Shown here: in pieces, positions 59,236 through 64,000 of the stretch
Position numbering within the stretch: position 1 is the stretch's first letter
Layout: the number at the start of each line of letters is the position of its first letter
Assembly (NCBI GenBank): GCA_965232155.1
Contig: OZ246948.1
Coordinates: forward strand, 1,016,434 to 1,080,433
DNA: 64,000 nt
Source of the DNA: Thermodesulfobacteriota bacterium
Lineage (GTDB): Bacteria > Desulfobacterota_D > UBA1144 > Nemesobacterales > Nemesobacteraceae
Reading direction: 5' to 3'
Program-made: the position numbers and the translations under genes
Notes under the pieces: generated by a model
The model's database searches: none
Told to the model about the DNA's origin: nothing
The model's input: the letters and a program-made list of their open reading frames with translations, nothing else

Positions 59236-61155
59236 TTGAATCCACGAATAGAAATGGATAGCCCTATATCTTCTTCTGACCGCAACGATAGCAGCAACTT
59301 CCCGCGCGAATTCTTCTGCATACCTCAATGCACCGCTTTTTTACTTTCGGGACTTTTTTCTCTTTTTGTGCTTTTTCCCTTGGCCTCGGACATTAGCGCC
59401 GAGGAGTTGGAGAAGGACGAAACGGTTTTTATCTCCGGGATCAAAATAAAGGGGTTAAAAGATATAGAACTCGACAGGATAAAGGACTCCATGATAACCC
59501 CTTTTCCCTCCTGGAGACCTTGGAGAAAACGTCCGGAGTTCAACGAGCAGTTTCTTGAGGACGATATAAAAAGAATAGAACAGGTTCTCAGGGAACATGG
59601 CTATTACGGTTCCACAGTAACCCATACCTTAGATTTCCGGGATGAAGACCGAAAAGTGGATATAGAAATAAGGGTGGACCAGGGAGATCCCGTAATAGTG
59701 GAGACTCTGAACATAGCAGTTCTTGGGAACCATCCGGACGATTACGTCTCCGATGTCGCCGAGGTGATTCTCTTGGAAGAGGGGAAACCTTTTTCCCAGA
59801 TAAGCTACCAGAAGTCAAAAGTTCTTATCACGGAGCTGTTTTCCGATAGGGGTTATCCTCTGGCGGATATAAAATCCGAGGCGGTTGTGAGTTTGAGGAG
59901 CAGGGAGGTCAATGTTGAATTCACCATTGATCCGGGTCAGGAGTATTATTTCGGCGACGTAATATTCAAGGGAAATTCCAATATTGCCACTAGACTTCTC
60001 GAGCGGGAGATAGAGTACGAGAAAGGGGACCTGTTCTCTCTCAAAGAGACTCAGAAATCACGGGCGAATATTTTTGAAACCGGCCTTTTTAATTCCGTTA
60101 TAGTGGACACTGATTACGACGAGCGGAAGTTCGAGGTTCAGACTATATACAGTGTTACCGAGAGAAAACTCGGAACGATAAGGCTTGGAGCTGGATACGC
60201 CACGGAGGACAATCTAAGGGTACGGCTATCTTGGAGCCAGAGGAACTTTTTTGACGGCGGAAGGACTCTGCAGATTACCTCCAGTTATTCATCCCTGACA
60301 CGGGGATTACTGGCCAGACTTGATCAGCCCCACTTAGCCGGCAGGAATTCCAGCCTTGCTTTTTTGCTTGACGTGAGAAGGGATGACTTCCCGGGCTATC
60401 AGGGTTTGAGTTTCGATTTTAACAGTACTTTGTCCAAGGAGTTTTTTGATTCTCTCACACTTTTCAGTTCCCTGGCCGTCTTATACGCGGATATAGACTC
60501 TCAAGTGGTAAGAACGCCGATTGAAAGTGCCCGCGACAGCGTCTTCCTTACGGTCGTTGATCTGGGAGTTGAGTATGACCTGACCGACAGCCTTATAAAT
60601 CCTACCAGCGGAATGCGGCTGTTTTTACTCATGGAGAAGCCGATTCAGAGTACTAGCTCCTCCCGCACCGATTACCTGAAATTTCTGGCCGAGTTAAGAT
60701 ACTACAAGGATGTTTCCGGGATCGTTCTGGGAAAAAGGGCGACGTTCGGAAATATCACCACACTTGGGGACACTGACTCGCTTGACGTACCGATTTTCAA
60801 GCGGTTCTTCGCCGGAGGCAGTGCAAGCATGAGGGGCTATTCATTTCAGCATCTGAGTCCGCTTAATTCGGATCGGGACCCCCTTGGGGGTAACTCCATG
60901 TTCGTTGGCAACGCTGAAGCCCGTTTCGGGCTTTTTAGTAAGCTTGGAGCGGTAATTTTCTTCGATTACGGAAATGTTTATTCAAAGAGTTTCGGTTTCA
61001 GTGCTTCCGATCTGAAGTACGCGGCCGGTGCCGGATTGAGATACCATACGATTATCGGGCCGATCAGGGCGGATTTCGGTTACCTTCTAAATCCCGAGGA
61101 CGAGGAGAGAGACGACAGGTTCAAGATCTTTATAAGCATAGGACAGGCTTTTTAG
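59236..61155 (+). CDS. Omp85-family outer membrane protein assembly factor (BamA/TamA-like) with POTRA domains
   Basis: Signal/TM segment, POTRA-like repeats, C-terminal beta-barrel ending ...[18 protein letters not shown]...[11 protein letters not shown] (Omp85 C-terminal signature). Confidence 0.8.
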   Translation: MNPRIEMDSPISSSDRNDSSNFPREFFCIPQCTAFLLSGLFSLFVLFPLASDISAEELEKDETVFISGIKIKGLKDIELDRIKDSMITPFPSWRPWRKRPEFNEQFLEDDIKRIEQVLREHGYYGSTVTHTLDFRDEDRKVDIEIRVDQGDPVIVETLNIAVLGNHPDDYVSDVAEVILLEEGKPFSQISYQKSKVLITELFSDRGYPLADIKSEAVVSLRSREVNVEFTIDPGQEYYFGDVIFKGNSNIATRLLEREIEYEKGDLFSLKETQKSRANIFETGLFNSVIVDTDYDERKFEVQTIYSVTERKLGTIRLGAGYATEDNLRVRLSWSQRNFFDGGRTLQITSSYSSLTRGLLARLDQPHLAGRNSSLAFLLDVRRDDFPGYQGLSFDFNSTLSKEFFDSLTLFSSLAVLYADIDSQVVRTPIESARDSVFLTVVDLGVEYDLTDSLINPTSGMRLFLLMEKPIQSTSSSRTDYLKFLAELRYYKDVSGIVLGKRATFGNITTLGDTDSLDVPIFKRFFAGGSASMRGYSFQHLSPLNSDRDPLGGNSMFVGNAEARFGLFSKLGAVIFFDYGNVYSKSFGFSASDLKYAAGAGLRYHTIIGPIRADFGYLLNPEDEERDDRFKIFISIGQAF

Positions 61156-62348
61156 GAGCCGTGGTTGTTCTGAAGTAGCTTCCTGACTCCTCTTGCCGCT
61201 TGAGTTATTCTGTTCTCGTTCTCAACAAGCGCAAGTCTTACGAATCCTTCTCCGTAGTTTCCGAATCCCACTCCGGGGGATACGGCGACTTTTGATTTCT
61301 CTATAAGAAGTTTCGAGAATTCAAGCGACCCCATTTGCGCAAACTCTTCAGGTATCTGTGCCCATACGAACATCGTGGCTTTCGGTTTCGGGATTTCCCA
61401 TCCGGCCCTTGCGAATGATTCGATCAGCTTGTCTCTTCTGGACCTGTAGATTTCCCTTATATCTTCTATAGGTTCCGGAGGTCCGTTGAGAGCGGTAATT
61501 GCAGCTATCTGGATCGGCTGAAATATTCCGTAGTCAAGGTAACTTTTTATCCTTTTCAGTGCGGAAACGATTTCCGGGTTTCCCACCATGAAGCCTACCC
61601 TCCAGCCGGGCATGTTGTAGGTTTTGGAAAGCGAATAGAATTCCACCGCGACATCTTTGGCTCTCTTTACCTGCATTATGCTCGGAGCCTTGTATCCATC
61701 ATAGCACAGTTCTGCGTAAACCAGATCGTGCACTACTATAAGACCCGTTTCATGTGCCAGATCACAGATTTTTTCGAAGAAATCAATGTCCACGACTTGT
61801 GTGGTCGGATTGTTTGGGAAGGAAAGGATAAGCACTTTGGGTTTTGGCCACACTTCCTTTATCGCTTTTTCTATTGACTCTATCAAGTCTTCTTTTTCAC
61901 CCATGGGACAGCTGTGAGTGTCTCCTCTTGCTATGATTACGGAGTAGCTGTGTATTGGGTAGCTAGGGCCGGGAACTATCGCTATATCTCCTGGGGAGAG
62001 TATGGAGAGCATTAGATGCGATATGCCTTCTTTTGACCCTATAGTGACGACGGCTTCGGAGTCCGGATCAAGGTCAACATCGTATTTTCTTCTGTACCAG
62101 TCGGTTATGGCCAGACGAAGTTTGGGCAATCCGGCGGAAGCGGAGTATCTGTGGTTTCTGGGTTCTCTTACTGCCTCGCGCAGTTTTTCCACTATATGAT
62201 CCGGAGTTGCCTGATCAGGATTCCCCATCCCGAGGTCTATTATATCCTCTCCTCTGGCGCGCGCCTGATGCTTAAGTTCATTGACTACGCCGAGTACATA
62301 AGGGGGAATTCGGTTTATCAGGGAAAAATTATAATCCGGCCGGTTCAT
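61152..62348 (-). CDS. alaC: Class I/II aminotransferase, AlaC(YfdZ)-like glutamate-pyruvate transaminase
   Basis: Aligns colinearly with E. coli AlaC: [16 protein letters not shown]...[21 protein letters not shown]..., [32 protein letters not shown] (PLP lysine). Confidence 0.85.
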   Translation of the reverse strand: MNRPDYNFSLINRIPPYVLGVVNELKHQARARGEDIIDLGMGNPDQATPDHIVEKLREAVREPRNHRYSASAGLPKLRLAITDWYRRKYDVDLDPDSEAVVTIGSKEGISHLMLSILSPGDIAIVPGPSYPIHSYSVIIARGDTHSCPMGEKEDLIESIEKAIKEVWPKPKVLILSFPNNPTTQVVDIDFFEKICDLAHETGLIVVHDLVYAELCYDGYKAPSIMQVKRAKDVAVEFYSLSKTYNMPGWRVGFMVGNPEIVSALKRIKSYLDYGIFQPIQIAAITALNGPPEPIEDIREIYRSRRDKLIESFARAGWEIPKPKATMFVWAQIPEEFAQMGSLEFSKLLIEKSKVAVSPGVGFGNYGEGFVRLALVENENRITQAARGVRKLLQNNHGS

Positions 62349-62479
62349 CGTATCTGCCTGTTTTCTGGTGGCACTATTTTATAATAACCGCTTATAATCT
62401 CAAGATTTCGGGCGGTAGAACTGGTATTTCCGGCATGCCGGTGTCTGCTGGGGAGTCCGTTATGGTAAAATAAGGGCTT

Positions 62480-63145
62480 ATGATCTGGGTCAGATTTGCT
62501 GTTTTGATTGCGTTTTTTGCGGTCGGTTGCTCTTTTCCTTCAGGTTCTCCGAGGTGGGAAAGCCGGGATTTTCAGCGGCCCAAGTCGACCGATACCGTAC
62601 AGTACGGCAAGGCTTCCTGGTATGGGGACAAGGAGCATGGCAAGAAGTCTGCAAGTGGCGAGGTGTTTAACAGAAATGCCTATACTGCGGCGCACAAGGA
62701 ACTTCCTTTTGGCACTATCGTACGTGTTACCAATCGGGAGAATGGCAAGCAGGTAAAGGTCAGGATAAATGACAGGGGTCCTTATATAAGGGGCAGGGTG
62801 ATAGATCTCTCCTATGCGGCTGCGAAATCCATCGGACTTGTCAGAAGTGGTGTTGCGAAAGTGAAAATAGAGGTGCTGTCGACGCCCTCTAAAAGGTCAG
62901 AAAGCCTTTTCATCTCCCTCTACACAGTCCAGGCCGGCTCTTTTCGAAGCAAGAGGTCGGCCAACGAACTCAAAAGAAAGCTTTTGCGTGTCACGGACGA
63001 TGAGGTGAGGGTGGAATCTTTTGCCTTTGAGGGGGATACTTATTACCGGGTGAGAGTGGGCAGGTTCAAGAAAAGGAAAGACGCCGAGAGGCTTCGCGTA
63101 GTTTTGAGAAGACGTGGATACTCAGCCAGAATATACGTTGAGTGA
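62480..63145 (+). CDS. rlpA: Septal ring lytic transglycosylase RlpA family (DPBB domain) with C-terminal SPOR domain
   Basis: GKASWYGDKEHGKKSASGEVFN...LPFGTIVRVTNRENGKQVKVRINDRGPY (DPBB), then SPOR-like YTVQAGSFRSKRSANELKRKL...YRVRVGRFKKRKDAERL. Confidence 0.85.
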   Translation: MIWVRFAVLIAFFAVGCSFPSGSPRWESRDFQRPKSTDTVQYGKASWYGDKEHGKKSASGEVFNRNAYTAAHKELPFGTIVRVTNRENGKQVKVRINDRGPYIRGRVIDLSYAAAKSIGLVRSGVAKVKIEVLSTPSKRSESLFISLYTVQAGSFRSKRSANELKRKLLRVTDDEVRVESFAFEGDTYYRVRVGRFKKRKDAERLRVVLRRRGYSARIYVE

Positions 63146-63177
63146 TCCCCCGCAGCATCCAAAAGAAATAGAGTCGA

Positions 63178-63981
63178 ATGATGAAGAAGCTGAGAACAAC
63201 TGATTTTCGCAAGATGAAGGAGCGGAGCGAGAAAATCGCCATGATAACGGCGTACGATGCTACCATTGCCGCGATAGTGGACGCGGCGGGAGTAGACGTG
63301 GTTCTGGTCGGGGATTCTCTTGGTAATGTGGTTCAGGGCCTTGAAGATACGCTTTCCGTTACGCTGGATGAAATGATTTATCACACGAAGATTGTTTCAA
63401 GAGGCGTGAACCGGGCTCATTTGTGCTCGGATATGCCCTTTCTTTCCTATCAGAAGTCTCCCGAGGATGCTATAGAGAGCGCCGGAAGACTTTTAAAGGA
63501 GGGAAGAGCCGAGTCGGTTAAGCTAGAGGTGAATGACGCGTACATAGATACCGTGTACCGCATCCAGAAAGCCGGAATTCCAGTCGTTGCTCATATAGGG
63601 CTTTGTCCGCAGTCTGTTCACGTAATGGGTGGTTACAAGATACAGGGAAGTCTGCCGGGCGAGCGCGAAACGCTTTTGGACCTCGCCAAGTCCTGTGAGC
63701 AGGCGGGTGCTTTCATGGTTCTTATTGAAAGCGTTTTATCTGAGGTGGCCAGAGATGTTACCGAGAGTCTAGGAGTACCGACAGTCGGGATAGGGTCCGG
63801 GGTGGATTGCGACGGACAGGTGCTCGTTGTAAATGACATGATCGGCCTGACGCCGGAGCCTGTCCCCAAGTTCGTCAAGAAATACGCGAAGGTCTCAGAG
63901 ACAATCTCCGATTCGACAAAAAAATATGTGGAAGAGGTAAAAAAAGGGACTTTCCCTTCACAGGAGCAGTCTTATGGATAG
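63178..63981 (+). CDS. panB: 3-methyl-2-oxobutanoate hydroxymethyltransferase
   Basis: KIAMITAYDA...VDVVLVGDSLGNVVQG...VKLEG full-length PanB; a further ORF begins at 63975, overlapping the stop. Confidence 0.9.
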   Translation: MMKKLRTTDFRKMKERSEKIAMITAYDATIAAIVDAAGVDVVLVGDSLGNVVQGLEDTLSVTLDEMIYHTKIVSRGVNRAHLCSDMPFLSYQKSPEDAIESAGRLLKEGRAESVKLEVNDAYIDTVYRIQKAGIPVVAHIGLCPQSVHVMGGYKIQGSLPGERETLLDLAKSCEQAGAFMVLIESVLSEVARDVTESLGVPTVGIGSGVDCDGQVLVVNDMIGLTPEPVPKFVKKYAKVSETISDSTKKYVEEVKKGTFPSQEQSYG

Positions 63982-64000
63982 CGTGGAAGCGCTTTCCGTG

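Noticed and set aside
63975-64000. ORF starting at the ATG at 63975 (MDSVEALSV...), overlapping the panB stop
   Set aside because: Only 26 nt are in the window, so no identity can be assigned; panC would be expected here.

Overview
This is about 64 kb of roughly 50% GC, densely coding bacterial chromosome. It is mostly housekeeping genes, named individually in the features list. They include the rpsU-dnaG-rpoD macromolecular-synthesis operon with an unlinked 5S rRNA directly after rpoD, futalosine-pathway menaquinone genes (mqnA, mqnD) and candidate FO synthase genes (cofG, cofH). The gene set (BamA-type OMP, RlpA-SPOR, RNase Y plus RNase G, Mqn pathway, Gram-positive-like TatA) suggests a deep-branching Gram-negative lineage; I cannot name the taxon.

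The non-routine items are:
- One TnpB-only mobile element of 1295 bp, bounded by perfect 14-bp inverted repeats and a 6-bp target duplication, inserted into a short MerR-family regulator gene that is already decayed.
- A rhodanese / SufE / SufU / enlarged nitroreductase-like / FNR-type flavoprotein / NapH-like membrane polyferredoxin cluster that lacks SufS and SufBCD.
- Two unusual gene fusions: DapF fused in frame to an amidohydrolase, and a gamma-glutamyl cyclotransferase domain fused to an N-formylglutamate amidohydrolase-like domain.
- Several frameshifts located in homopolymer runs (dnaG, amidohydrolase, the flavoprotein, MerR), which look like sequencing artefacts rather than biology.

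No CRISPR arrays, tRNAs, integrases or prophage-like blocks were seen. All calls come from reading the translations and DNA by eye; no database searches were run.
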